A stretch of DNA of 57,339 nucleotides from an uncultured Gemmatimonadales bacterium (GCA_964386505.1 CAYLSM010000001.1:1-57339), one strand, 5' to 3'. Numbered from the stretch's first letter, positions 18,527-28,526 are shown. Notes: generated by a model not told the origin, from the sequence alone. Numbers and translations are program-made.

Positions 18527-19795
18527 ATGCCAATAAATTATCCAAAGGGGCAAAACGTGGACAAACGTCTATCTCCTCTCCGGAGCCCGGTCCTGATCCT
18601 CCTCACGCTTTCTCTGGCCGGGACTCTGCTGCTCAGCGGTTGCAGCCTGTTCAACAAGGCCACTCCGATGGAGAAATCCACCGGAATCCGCTACATGGAT
18701 GTAGTGCTGTACGCCGGGGCGCAGGCTGACAAAGCCTTCGGGATGCTCAACGGCGGGTTCCCGGTGTTTGGACGGGACGGACAGTGGATAGAGACAGACA
18801 CGGGTGACTGGGCCAAAGGTTATTACCCGGGGATGCTCTGGCTGCTGTCGCAGGTGTCGCCCGACCCGCATTACAAAGACTTGGCGCGCCAGTGGCTGCC
18901 TGCGCTTAACGGCCTGCGGGACCAGTTCCACACTTTCGGGCTGGGGCAGGCCTTCTTCCCGACTTATGTCGTGGGCTATCAACTAACCGGCAACAGCTCC
19001 TACCGCGACGAGGCCATCGAGGCTGCCCGCGTGCTGATGGGAAGGGTCAACCCGGCCGGGTTCTTCCCGGCGTTCGGCGCGGCGGGCGACACCGTGCTCG
19101 GGCGGCGCCTGTCCATCGAGAGCATCATGGACCTGGAGCTGCTCTACTGGGTCAAGGAGGCCACCGGCACAGCCGAGTATGAGATCGCGGCCAACAACCA
19201 CGCCTTCTTCACCCTCAGCCGTCTGGTCAGCTCGGATGGGCGGGTGCTGAACATGGCCGATTTCAACCCCCGGACCGGGAACACCTGGAACGAGCGCACT
19301 CCGGAACTGGCCGATCCGCGATACACTCCGCGCGGACTGAGCGCCAGCAGTTGCTGGGCTCTCGGGCAGGCCTGGGCGATCTACGGGTTCACCACAGTCT
19401 ACCGTCACCAGGGCAAGACCATGTTCCTCGACACGGCCCAGCGTGCGGCCAACTATTTCCTTGAGCATTGCTCGGAGGACGGGATCCCGCCCTGGGATTT
19501 CGACGCCACGGGCAATGATGCCGAACTGAAAGACGCCTCCGCCGCAGCCGTGGCCGCAGCCGGCATGCTCAAGCTGGCCCGCCTCAGCCCGAACAAGGAT
19601 GACCGCGCGCGCTACCAGCGGGCCGGAGAGAAAATCGTCCAGACCCTCAGCACCAGGTATTTCAAAAAGGGTGTGGGCGTGCTGGGCGGCGGCGTGTTCG
19701 ACCGCGACACGGCAGACTCCGGCGGCACCTCCACGGTCTGGGGCGATTACTATTACATCGAGGCCCTGCTCCTGCTGATGGACTATGACATCTGA
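18527..19795 (+). CDS. Glycoside hydrolase family 88-like (unsaturated glucuronyl hydrolase-like) lipoprotein
   Basis: The lipobox is LLLSGCS. GH88-like blocks are WAKGYYPGMLWLL, CWALGQAWAIYGF, IPPWDFDA and DASAAAVAAAGMLKLA. Confidence 0.7.
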   Translation: MPINYPKGQNVDKRLSPLRSPVLILLTLSLAGTLLLSGCSLFNKATPMEKSTGIRYMDVVLYAGAQADKAFGMLNGGFPVFGRDGQWIETDTGDWAKGYYPGMLWLLSQVSPDPHYKDLARQWLPALNGLRDQFHTFGLGQAFFPTYVVGYQLTGNSSYRDEAIEAARVLMGRVNPAGFFPAFGAAGDTVLGRRLSIESIMDLELLYWVKEATGTAEYEIAANNHAFFTLSRLVSSDGRVLNMADFNPRTGNTWNERTPELADPRYTPRGLSASSCWALGQAWAIYGFTTVYRHQGKTMFLDTAQRAANYFLEHCSEDGIPPWDFDATGNDAELKDASAAAVAAAGMLKLARLSPNKDDRARYQRAGEKIVQTLSTRYFKKGVGVLGGGVFDRDTADSGGTSTVWGDYYYIEALLLLMDYDI

Positions 19796-19961
19796 GCCGC
19801 TTGCCCGCTCTTGAACTGTGCAGAGGAGCCGCCGGGCATTCCGCCCGGCGGCCCCTTTTTCTTGCGCATCCAACTGCCATATGTTAGACTTCGGCAGGCA
19901 ACCATATCAAGTCATCCATTCTCTCCAGTCCAAAATTCGCCCGGTCCGAACGGAGGTCTCA

Positions 19962-20543
19962 ATGCCGAGAATGGTCCGTAAGGCATTTCTTTCCACCTCA
20001 CTTGTCTCAGCTTTTGCCCTGCTGGCCCTCGGCTGCTCCTCGGTCGGCCGGGTCAGCCTCAACCCCACGGTCAACCTGGCTGTGGCTCCGGTAACTCTGG
20101 CCGACCAGGCCGCGGTCTACATCCCGTCGCTGCAGCAGAAACTGATGCACAGCCAGACACTCGACGTAATCGGCCGGGTGGAGATCGAGCTTGGCCCGGC
20201 TTTTTCCAAATGCGCTCAGGAATCGTTCCAGCTTTTTTTCTCGCAGGTGATGATGCTCGGCCCGAGCGAGACCACCGGCCTGCCCTGGCGGATCGACCTG
20301 CGCACCGACAGTTTCCGTATCAACCCCGACCTGGGGGCCGACCTTCAGATCTGGTGCAAGGTCATGCACTCGGGCAAGATCGTGCTGGACCAGGCTTTCA
20401 AGGCGCATGTGGATGGTCCGGCCCAGGAATTCAGGCAGCTCGGGACTGCCCGCAAAGTGATCCAGCAGTCGGCCGAAAGCGCTTTCCAGCAGGCCTTTGT
20501 CGAGTTGCAGAAAACCCTGCGCGAGAAAACGGCGGCCAAATAA
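19962..20543 (+). CDS. Hypothetical lipoprotein
   Basis: The ATG at 19962 follows GGAGG (19952-19956). The signal peptide and lipobox read MPRMVRKAFLSTSLVSAFALLALGCSS. The longer 19818 start has no SD support. Confidence 0.6.
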   Translation: MPRMVRKAFLSTSLVSAFALLALGCSSVGRVSLNPTVNLAVAPVTLADQAAVYIPSLQQKLMHSQTLDVIGRVEIELGPAFSKCAQESFQLFFSQVMMLGPSETTGLPWRIDLRTDSFRINPDLGADLQIWCKVMHSGKIVLDQAFKAHVDGPAQEFRQLGTARKVIQQSAESAFQQAFVELQKTLREKTAAK

Positions 20544-20619
20544 GATTCCGGCCGGAGGCTTTCTCCACTCCGGGGTCCCACGGCTGCAGCGGTAATTAAA
20601 TACTTGAGATAAAACCGAA

Positions 20620-20650
20620 GGGGCACGGGACTTCAGCGTGCCCCTTTTTC
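20620..20650 (+). terminator. Intrinsic terminator
   Basis: GGGGCACG (20620-20627) pairs with CGTGCCCC (20637-20644) and is followed by TTTTT. Confidence 0.75.
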
Positions 20651-20678
20651 TCGTTCACGCTACCGGGGAGGCTCCGAG

Positions 20679-20984
20679 GTGCGCACGCGCCTGGGACGGT
20701 TCTGGTTCGAGGGCCCCTGGGATTACACTCCCGGCGGCCTGCGCTATATACAGCCAGAGCCGGGGGTCTACGCGGTCCTCTGCCGGGGAGAGAACGGCTT
20801 CCGCACCTTGGAGCTGGGCACGGCTGAGAATCTGCACCGGGCCCTGGAGCAAAGCCCCCGCGCCTCCGCCTGGGCCGGGCTCTGCCAGGAGGGAGTCCTC
20901 TGCGTGGCCGTGCGTTACGACAGCGAGCACCCGGACAACACCCAGGTCCTGCTCGAGCTGCAAAGTCTTGCGGAGTTGGATTAG
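20679..20984 (+). CDS. Hypothetical 101-aa protein with a faint GIY-YIG-like N-terminal pattern
   Basis: The GTG start lies 7 nt after GGGGAGG. PGVYAVLCRGENGFRTLELGTAENLHRAL loosely fits the pattern GIY-(9-11 residues)-YIG-x-T-x-NL-xx-R. The amino-acid composition is more protein-like than that of the antisense ORF 20655-21071. Confidence 0.4.
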   Translation: MRTRLGRFWFEGPWDYTPGGLRYIQPEPGVYAVLCRGENGFRTLELGTAENLHRALEQSPRASAWAGLCQEGVLCVAVRYDSEHPDNTQVLLELQSLAELD

Positions 20985-21223
20985 CCCGGACGGCGATGGG
21001 CGGATGGACGGATGGCTGATGTTCTCAAGGTTCCTGCAGGAACGCACCCGCGTGTGCGACCGGCCTGACACATGGGTCCGCCACTACACAAGGCGTAAGA
21101 GCGGTCTGAATGTACTCGCCGTCTTTGCTGCTTTCTCCAAAACGAAAGCAGAACGTTTCTTTCAGGAACCGCTTATTATCTGGAAGGATGATTTGAACTT
21201 CAGAAAGAAATATACAGCCGGGT

Positions 21224-21868
21224 TCAGTTGAACAGTCCGGGAAACGCCCCCTTGAATCCGCTGAACATGAAATGCACCCCGATGGCGATGATGAAAATCT
21301 GCATCACCCGGGCCACGGCCAGTGTGCCCACCCGCCCCATCATACGGCCGAGGAAACCGGCGAAAGTCAGGATCAGAAGGGTCAGGCCGAACACCACCAC
21401 GCAGACCGAGAGGGCGAACAGATGCCCGTACTGGCCTTGGAACAGGATCACGGTCACGATGGTTCCGGGGCCGGCCAGCAGCGGGCAGGCGATCGGCGAG
21501 ACCGCCAGGGCGCGCAGACGGTGGACACGGTCGCGGTCGCGCGCGCTCACCTCCTCGTGAAGGGCCGATTCGGGGCTGTCCGTGCGCACCATGTCGTGCA
21601 CTCCGGTCACCACCAGTAGAAGCCCCCCGGCAAAGGTGAACTCGCTCATCGTGATATGGAACACCCGTTCCATGGCGTACAGGCCGACCAGGGCGAACCC
21701 CACGATCAGGACAAACGAGGTGGCCACCGCGATCCGGAACACCCGCTGACGTTCGCCGGCGGTGGCGCCCTGGGTCAGGCTCAGGAACACCGGCAGCCCG
21801 CCCAGCGGGTCGACTATGGCGAACAGAGAAAGCACCGCCTGGAAAAATATCACCGGCTCGAAATACAT
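21224..21868 (-). CDS. MarC-family (UPF0056) integral membrane protein
   Basis: MYFEPVIFFQAVLSLFAIVDPLGGLPVFLSLT is a typical MarC N-terminus. I chose the ATG at 21868 because the upstream extension only translates the REP palindrome (GHGMPCPY). Confidence 0.78.
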   Translation of the reverse strand: MYFEPVIFFQAVLSLFAIVDPLGGLPVFLSLTQGATAGERQRVFRIAVATSFVLIVGFALVGLYAMERVFHITMSEFTFAGGLLLVVTGVHDMVRTDSPESALHEEVSARDRDRVHRLRALAVSPIACPLLAGPGTIVTVILFQGQYGHLFALSVCVVVFGLTLLILTFAGFLGRMMGRVGTLAVARVMQIFIIAIGVHFMFSGFKGAFPGLFN

Positions 21869-21914
21869 GCGGCCCGCCTGTCCGGGTTTACCTGATAGCC
21901 TTGCCTTGATATAG

Positions 21915-21966
21915 GGGCACGGCATGCCGTGCCCGGTTGCTTTCTCCCCCCCTTTCCCAAAGGGGG
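21915..21966. repeat. REP-like palindrome GGGCACGGCATGCCGTGCCC plus a second hairpin CCCCCTTT/AAAGGGGG
   Basis: The 20-nt perfect palindrome at 21915-21934 is identical to 29062-29081. In inverted orientation the match extends to CCCCTA. A second hairpin lies at 21948-21966. Confidence 0.8.
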
Positions 21967-22100
21967 CCCGGGGGGATTTATCCAATCACCCCCGCACTCC
22001 ATACCAAAATACAAGACAATTTCAAGCATTTCAACACTTACAAAAACAGCCGCCCCGCGCGTAACGGGAACGGCCGGAGAGCACATCGTGAGTTGCCGCT

Positions 22101-22547
22101 TTACAGGTCCACTATCTTCAGTTTCCCTCCCAGCCTTTCCTTGAGCACCCCGGCCAGGATCGAGCGGTGGCAGGCTGACGGGTCCTTCTCATAGCACAGC
22201 AGGCAGACAGTTTCGGAGGCCACTTTGTTCTGGAGCGCCTGGAGCGCCTCGCCGCGTCCGGCGAGGCATTCAGTGTACCCGCGGCGCAGAAGGCTGTAGT
22301 CTCTGCTGCACTGAACCTCCACCCGCAGGGCCTTGGGCGCGCTTAAGCTTACCATGTGCTCGTAGCCCAGGCCATGCCCGGCGCAACTGGCGGTGAGGGC
22401 TTTCTTCGAGTAGCCCGGCTTGCGGCTGTTGGGGTTCTGGCGGATATCCAGCAGAAGGGTGATGTTATTTTCCTTCAGGCGGGCGAAAAACTCCGGCGCC
22501 TCCCGGCCCTCGAAACCGATTGTGAACAGGCAGGGTACGCTCTGCAT
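22101..22547 (-). CDS. DUF488-family protein
   Basis: LFTIGFEGREAPEFF and the C-terminal CLLCYEKDPSACHRSIL are typical of DUF488. The ATG at 22547 directly follows GGAGAGGGAG. Confidence 0.72.
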   Translation of the reverse strand: MQSVPCLFTIGFEGREAPEFFARLKENNITLLLDIRQNPNSRKPGYSKKALTASCAGHGLGYEHMVSLSAPKALRVEVQCSRDYSLLRRGYTECLAGRGEALQALQNKVASETVCLLCYEKDPSACHRSILAGVLKERLGGKLKIVDL

Positions 22548-22578
22548 CTCCCTCTCCACTCTACATCAGGCAGTCGTC

Positions 22579-23016
22579 TCACTCCTCGAACTGTCTCACC
22601 GCCTTCTCGAACTCCAGCTCCTCGGCGTCCGGGAAATCACCCTTATGGCCGGGATTGGCCTGCTTGGTCTTGCGCTCCTCAAGCTCGGCCTGCTGGATCG
22701 AGCGCATCACCTCGGTGATCTCGCGCAACAGTCGGGCCGTGTACTCCGAGGCCTGTGTCAGGTACTGCACGTGACGAAGCAGGGGGGTGAACACGGCCAG
22801 CCGCTCGAACATGAATCCCAGCAGCAGCACAACCGTCCCCACGCCCAGCACCAGCGCCCCAGTCAGACGCTCCAGCATGCCGATCCCCAGAGCCACGCCC
22901 AGCACTCCCAGCACCGACAGGAATGTCCCCGCCGCCAGCCAGAGGGCCCGTCCCAGGCCGCCCGCCCCGGTTTTTTTCTTCCCGGCCTCCGCGGGGGTAA
23001 CCTTCTTCGCTTTCAT
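22579..23016 (-). CDS. Hypothetical membrane protein (2-3 TM segments with a charged C-terminal helix)
   Basis: The N-terminus is lysine-rich. Hydrophobic segments are LWLAAGTFLSVLGVLGVALGIGML and ALVLGVGTVVLLLGFMF. No recognisable family. Confidence 0.5.
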   Translation of the reverse strand: MKAKKVTPAEAGKKKTGAGGLGRALWLAAGTFLSVLGVLGVALGIGMLERLTGALVLGVGTVVLLLGFMFERLAVFTPLLRHVQYLTQASEYTARLLREITEVMRSIQQAELEERKTKQANPGHKGDFPDAEELEFEKAVRQFEE

Positions 23017-23072
23017 GCTCCAGCCTCCGTTAAGGGCAGGCGCCGGACGCTCCGGCGTCCCAACGCCCCCAA

Positions 23073-23993
23073 TCAGAATGTGTACGACATCCCGGCCCGG
23101 TGCGTGGTGCCCAGTCCCGAGCGCCCGGAATCGATCTCCGCGGCGTAGTCCACGCGCAGCCGCTCATGGTTGAACCCCAGCCCGAAACTGGGCGAGGTGC
23201 GGTCGAAACGGCGGGTCAGCCCGGCCCGGGCCATGAATATCCTGGGCATGATCTCGTACTCGCCGCCCATGGAAAACGCGGTGTAGCGGGCATTCTCGAA
23301 CCGCAGCTCGCCCGCCACCACGAAACCCTCGATAATCAGGTAGCTGCCGCCCAGCTCGATCTCGCGCGGAAGGTCATCCGCCAGGCCGGTGTCCCACGAG
23401 ATGCGGCTGAACGCGTTACGCACCACCAGGGCCAGCGAGCTGAACGGATCGGGCACGATATACAGGGCCAGGTCCAACCCCGCGCCCTTGCCCCCGGCAT
23501 CCGGGATGTCCGTGCTGATAAAGCAGCCGCGCACCGCCGCGCCCACGGCCAGGAAATCGGTCACCCGCTTGCCCCAGGCGTAGGCCAGCGAGTTCTCGGC
23601 GTAGCTCATCTCGTCCTGGCCGAACGGACCCTCCACGCTCGTGCCGCGCCAGTTCCAGTACAGGCCGCTCGCCCCATAGCCGCCGTCCGGCTGATGGTAG
23701 TCCAGGTAGACATTGCGCACCAGGCCCATCGAGCCGACATCCGCGAAACTGAATCCCACCGAGCGTGTCTCGGCGAAAGCCAGCCAAGCTGGGTTGTGGT
23801 AGCTCGCACCCACTCCCGAGGCCAGGGCCGAGTAGGCCCCGCCCATGCCCACCCCGCGCACCGAGACCGGGAATGAGCTGAACGCCCCGCTGGTCACGGG
23901 CGAGGAGGCGGCCCGCGCCCCGGCCGCGGCCAGAAGACCCAGGCCCAGCGCCAGCGCGGTCAGGCGTCCTGCTGTTTTTGCAATCCGGCTCAT
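23073..23993 (-). CDS. Outer-membrane beta-barrel protein, PorV/PorQ-like
   Basis: The signal peptide is MSRIAKTAGRLTALALGLGLLAAAGARA. GVGMGGAYSALASGVGASYHNPAWLAF is typical of the PorV/TraF-type N-terminal strand. The protein ends in an aromatic residue (MSYTF). Confidence 0.6.
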   Translation of the reverse strand: MSRIAKTAGRLTALALGLGLLAAAGARAASSPVTSGAFSSFPVSVRGVGMGGAYSALASGVGASYHNPAWLAFAETRSVGFSFADVGSMGLVRNVYLDYHQPDGGYGASGLYWNWRGTSVEGPFGQDEMSYAENSLAYAWGKRVTDFLAVGAAVRGCFISTDIPDAGGKGAGLDLALYIVPDPFSSLALVVRNAFSRISWDTGLADDLPREIELGGSYLIIEGFVVAGELRFENARYTAFSMGGEYEIMPRIFMARAGLTRRFDRTSPSFGLGFNHERLRVDYAAEIDSGRSGLGTTHRAGMSYTF

Positions 23994-24065
23994 TCTACCA
24001 CAGGCTCGAAAAGGTTTCAACAAAAACTTCCAAAATTCAGCAATGTATTGATTTTCGGCCGCTGC

Positions 24066-27000
24066 TCAACGCCGGGCCACGGCCAGGGTCTTGCGTATCT
24101 CCTCGTGCCGCCCGTTGTCGTAGCTGATCTCCCAGGCGTAGATGAACACGCCGTTCATCACCAGGTCACCCCGGTCGTTCTTCAGCAGCCACTCGGCGTT
24201 GACCGAGCTGCCGCTGCCGTCGATACGGTCGCTCACGTCCACCCGGCGCACCAGGTCGCCGCGCAGGTTGAATATGCGCAGCACGGCCCGGCTTATCCGC
24301 GCCCCGGCCTGGCCGCTCACGAACGAGATGTGTGCGCTGGTGCGGGCCGGCACCTCCTCCACGTAGGCCACCGACTGCCCGGCCGAAAGCCCGAAACTGT
24401 TGACCAGTGTTTTGCGCCGCAGCGTGTTCCAGCCGGCCCGGTCGGTCACGGTCAGGCGCAGACGGTGCAGGCCGGCCTTGCTCAGGGCATCGAAATCGGC
24501 CTCCAGTTCGCCCGTACTCAGCCAGGTCTGGTTCCTCGGCTTTATTTCATGCCCGTCCGGGTCCTCGATCACCACCTTGGTCTCAGCTCTGTCGATCCCG
24601 GCCACGTCCGGATAATCGCCCCAGTCGGTGAACGCCGCTGTCACCCGCACGCCGTCCGAGGCCACGTTGACCTGAACCTGCGAGGTGTCCGGGGCGCGAT
24701 TGTCCACGGTGAATAAGGTGCGGCTCACCGCCTGTCCGGCCAGCTCCGCCACGTCCAGGTCGGCCAGCATGTCATAGCGGCCGTCCGCGCTGCCGTCCTC
24801 AGCCAGGGTATCGGCGAACTGGAACTTCAGCGTGTCCCCTGTCACGGACTGCGTCCCGGCCAGCGGCACCCCGCGGTAGTTAACCCGCAGCGAGGCCGCC
24901 GCTCCCGGGGTGAAAGTCTGCCCAACCCCGCGCGCAATCGCCCGGACACGCAGCCACTGCCCGTACACGAGCGAGCTGTCGGGCGGGTACACGTCCACGT
25001 AGCCGCTGATATTCAGGGTGAAAGTGCGGGTCAGCGTGGCCTGGTTGCCCGCCCGGTCCGAGGCAGTGACTGTCAGCGCGTAGGCCCCGGAGGCCGTTGG
25101 CTTGCCCGCATCGAAACGCAGGGTCAGGCGGCTCACCCCGTCATGGCTGACAGTCGCCGCAACCGCTCCCTCCGGCCCGGTCACGCCGGCTGTGGCGGTC
25201 AGGATATTCACCCCCGCGCACTCGCGCCCGGGCACGGCCGGACGGTCCGTCAGGTCGATATAAAGCGCGCCAGAGTCCGCGGCGAACTGCACGCCCGCGG
25301 TGTCCGGCGGGATGTTGTCCAGCAGGAAACTGAACGTGGTGTCCGTGCCCGAGGTGGCGCCCAGGAGGTCGGCGGCGTGCACGGACAGGCGCCAGCGCCC
25401 GTCATCCGCGCCGCCAGTGGAGATGAGCCGCCCGGCCTGGAACGCCAGGATATTGTTCTGGTGGTTCAGCGCCCCGCCCACCTCGGCCGAGTCCGGGCCG
25501 AACAGACGCGCCGTGGTGGCGCTCCAGTCGATCCCGGCCCCGCTGTTGTCGGTCAGGGTGAGGCTCACTGTGAGCGGCTGGGTGAACGCCGCCGCGTTGA
25601 CCATCTGGCCGAAAGGCGCTCCGGGCGCGGTCACAGTGGGCCGCAGCCCCGGACCGTCCACCACGAAAGTGAGGTTGCGGGTGCGGTTGTTGCCGGCACG
25701 GTCGTACATGTTCGCGGCCACGCTGTAGATACCGGCCCCCAGGGCGGGCGAGAACGTGGCGATCAGCGTGCTGTCCCCGTCGTTCGAGTACTCGGGCGGC
25801 GTTGTCATCACCGCGCCCCCGCCCGCGGCGGTCACGGTCAGGGCCGAGGCCCGCGGGGCGAGAAGCGACACCCCGGAGCCGCCCGCGCGGTCGTACAGGG
25901 TCAGCGCCACCCGCGTGGAGGAGTAAGAGAAAACCAGGCTGTCCGGGGGACGGGAGTCGTAGAGGAACGACAGGCGCGTGTCCAGGGTGCCGCTGGAGGG
26001 GTCGTTGTCCTCGGCCACCACTCGCAGCTCATAGCGCCCGTCCTTGCTGCCGTCCGTAGCCACCGGGTTCGCGGCGGTGAACGTGAAAGTCCCGGGCGCG
26101 GTGAACGCGGTCGCGCCGTCCAGATGCTGCCCGCTGGTCACGTTGTACAGTTCGAGCAGGCTGGCGTTGGGGTTGATCCCGCTGCCGCTGTTGTCGGCCA
26201 CCGTGACCGTGAACGCCCAGGGCTGGGCCTGGCTGAAATTGATGTAGCCCGGCGGGGCCGTGGCGTTCACCAGGCCGGAGGCGCTCACCGAGGGCCCGCT
26301 GCTGGCCTGACCCACGCTGAACGCCACCGTGTACTGCGCCGTGTTGCCCAGGCTGTCATAGGCCGAGACGCTCAGGTTGTAGCTGCCCAGGACAGTGTTC
26401 ACGGAGTTGGGGATAAAGCGCAGACGGTCGGGCGGAAGCACGATTGTCTTGCCCTCCACATCCTGCCCGCCGGGCGAGGTCACCTGCACCGCGCTGCGGC
26501 CCAGGTCGAGGCCACTCACCCGCCCTGAGCCGTCCCACAGACGCAGTTCCACCGTGTCCGAGGGGCCGTAGGACAGGAGCACGTAGCCGGCCAGACGCTG
26601 TGCCGTGCCGGAAACATAGATCAGCGTATCGGTGACCAGCGGCGCGCGGTTGTCGAACAGCACGCTCAACGTGTCGCTCAGGGTGGGGCCGTTGCGCACC
26701 GCGTCGTACGCCCGGGCCGTGATCTTGCTCACCCCCTGCTTGCTCAGGGTCACTTTCGTGCTGCTGAACACGCCGGTGGCGGCATTGGCCCGCACGCTGT
26801 CGGCGAACGCCCCGTCCAGGAATATCTCCACGCTGCTGCCCGGCTCGGTGCGGCCCGAGACAGTCAGGGCCGCCGTGTTGACCATTGCTGGCAGGGTGTT
26901 CAGCGCCACCTCGGCGGGCTTGAGGTTGTCGATATAAATCGGGGCGCGGGCCTCGCTGGTCTGGTGCGAGGTGGGTTCGAGGGCGGATACGATCAGCCGG

Positions 27001-28526
27001 TATCTCTTTTCCGCGCCCGACGAGACAAAAGCCCCGGTCCCGTCCTTGCCGTCCCATACCACATTGTGCGACCCGGCGGTCTGCGCGGTGCCGCTGGCCA
27101 GGGTACGCACCAGGTTGGAGGCGTTGAAAACAGTGCTGTCGCGGAAAATCTGAATCGTCACCTGGGCGTCCCGGCTTATCGTGTACGAGATCGCGGCAAC
27201 ATCCGCCACCCCGTCCGCGTTGGTCGGGCTGAGCGTGTCCGGGGCGACTGTCAGGCCGGTCACGGCCAGATCGGTGCTCAGAGCGGTCACCGAGCCGCTG
27301 CTCTGCACCTGGTTGCCCGACTCGTCCACCGCAGTGATGACAAACGAATAAGTACCGTCAGTCAGGGTGGTATTGTCCGGCGGGAACAGGGTGGAGTAAT
27401 TGCCGTTACCCGTGAAAGCCTGATCCAGCGTGGAGGTGGTGCTTACCATTTCGTTGTTGCTGTTGAAGAAATCCACTTTCACGCCAGCGCCGGTGTTGGT
27501 GTAGATATCCAGCACGTAGCGGTCCAGGCCGCCGATGGTCCCGGACGAGTAGGGCACAATCTTGGTGATGAAACTGAATTTCTCTGACACCTTGTATATC
27601 TGATCCGCGCCTATCGATATGTCGTTGCTGGTCACCTGCACCGTATCGCCCGAATCCAGTATCCGCCCGCCCTGGATGTAGAAACGGAAATTCGCGGTCA
27701 CCGTGGTGCGGCTGACCAGCAGAAGGCCGACCGGTCCGCTGTTTATGGTAAGGTTGACTGTTGATTTGTACAAAGAGGAAGGGCTCGTGTTGGCTGAGTC
27801 GATGCCCAGGAAAGTGGAGCCGTCCCCCGGCGCCAGCATCGCAAACGCTGCCGTGCCCAGGGAATAATTGGTCGGCAACCCGCCCAGGGTGAAGGACACC
27901 TCGGCCTGGTCGTTGATCTTGTCGTTGTTGGGGCTGAACGGGTTTGGATTGACGCTTATCCCGCTGATCGTGGGAGGCTTGCTGTCTATCACTACCTTGC
28001 CCACGACCGGATTGACCTTGAAACCTCCGCTGCCGTCAAGGTCCTGGGCGCTGATCCGGTAATAGTATGTCGTATCCGGCAGTTGGATGACGTTGCCGTA
28101 CGGCTTGCGCATCGCCTTGCCGTTCCAGGTGAAGCTGTTGACCCCCGCCACCCCGTCAAGCAGGTATTTCCCGGTAACGGCATCCTGCAGCGTGTCCGTG
28201 GCGCACAGGATCCATTGTCCCCCGAGGAAAATCGAGTCTGTCGGCGCTCCGGTGTATATAGCCATACCGCCCACCCGGTAATCGTTGCTCGGGTAGATCA
28301 CTTCCACCGCGATTTTCGCCGCTTCACTCAGGGTGAATGAGAAATGTGTGGTCTCGTTGACGCCATCGTTGTTCGGGCTGAACGGGTTGGGGTCCACCTG
28401 CACATTGGAGATCACCACCGGCTGGTTGGAGGCGGCGCGGGATGTTGTGGCGCTGAGACAGAGTGACAGGACTGCCGTAAGCAGGAAGGCGGGGGGGAAA
28501 AGTCTGACAGTTGCGGTGCGTCTCAT
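24066..28526 (-). CDS. Giant secreted/surface protein with multiple Ig-like (FlgD-Ig type) domains and a T9SS-style C-terminal sorting domain
   Basis: The ATG at 28526 gives the signal peptide MRRTATVRLFPPAFLLTAVLSLCLSATTSRA. The repeated motifs PNPFSPNNDGVNE and NPNPFSPNNDKIND are present. The C-terminus LRIFNLRGDLVRRV...WLLKNDRGDLVMNGVFIYAWEI resembles FlgD-Ig/Por-tail domains. Confidence 0.75.
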   Translation of the reverse strand: MRRTATVRLFPPAFLLTAVLSLCLSATTSRAASNQPVVISNVQVDPNPFSPNNDGVNETTHFSFTLSEAAKIAVEVIYPSNDYRVGGMAIYTGAPTDSIFLGGQWILCATDTLQDAVTGKYLLDGVAGVNSFTWNGKAMRKPYGNVIQLPDTTYYYRISAQDLDGSGGFKVNPVVGKVVIDSKPPTISGISVNPNPFSPNNDKINDQAEVSFTLGGLPTNYSLGTAAFAMLAPGDGSTFLGIDSANTSPSSLYKSTVNLTINSGPVGLLLVSRTTVTANFRFYIQGGRILDSGDTVQVTSNDISIGADQIYKVSEKFSFITKIVPYSSGTIGGLDRYVLDIYTNTGAGVKVDFFNSNNEMVSTTSTLDQAFTGNGNYSTLFPPDNTTLTDGTYSFVITAVDESGNQVQSSGSVTALSTDLAVTGLTVAPDTLSPTNADGVADVAAISYTISRDAQVTIQIFRDSTVFNASNLVRTLASGTAQTAGSHNVVWDGKDGTGAFVSSGAEKRYRLIVSALEPTSHQTSEARAPIYIDNLKPAEVALNTLPAMVNTAALTVSGRTEPGSSVEIFLDGAFADSVRANAATGVFSSTKVTLSKQGVSKITARAYDAVRNGPTLSDTLSVLFDNRAPLVTDTLIYVSGTAQRLAGYVLLSYGPSDTVELRLWDGSGRVSGLDLGRSAVQVTSPGGQDVEGKTIVLPPDRLRFIPNSVNTVLGSYNLSVSAYDSLGNTAQYTVAFSVGQASSGPSVSASGLVNATAPPGYINFSQAQPWAFTVTVADNSGSGINPNASLLELYNVTSGQHLDGATAFTAPGTFTFTAANPVATDGSKDGRYELRVVAEDNDPSSGTLDTRLSFLYDSRPPDSLVFSYSSTRVALTLYDRAGGSGVSLLAPRASALTVTAAGGGAVMTTPPEYSNDGDSTLIATFSPALGAGIYSVAANMYDRAGNNRTRNLTFVVDGPGLRPTVTAPGAPFGQMVNAAAFTQPLTVSLTLTDNSGAGIDWSATTARLFGPDSAEVGGALNHQNNILAFQAGRLISTGGADDGRWRLSVHAADLLGATSGTDTTFSFLLDNIPPDTAGVQFAADSGALYIDLTDRPAVPGRECAGVNILTATAGVTGPEGAVAATVSHDGVSRLTLRFDAGKPTASGAYALTVTASDRAGNQATLTRTFTLNISGYVDVYPPDSSLVYGQWLRVRAIARGVGQTFTPGAAASLRVNYRGVPLAGTQSVTGDTLKFQFADTLAEDGSADGRYDMLADLDVAELAGQAVSRTLFTVDNRAPDTSQVQVNVASDGVRVTAAFTDWGDYPDVAGIDRAETKVVIEDPDGHEIKPRNQTWLSTGELEADFDALSKAGLHRLRLTVTDRAGWNTLRRKTLVNSFGLSAGQSVAYVEEVPARTSAHISFVSGQAGARISRAVLRIFNLRGDLVRRVDVSDRIDGSGSSVNAEWLLKNDRGDLVMNGVFIYAWEISYDNGRHEEIRKTLAVARR

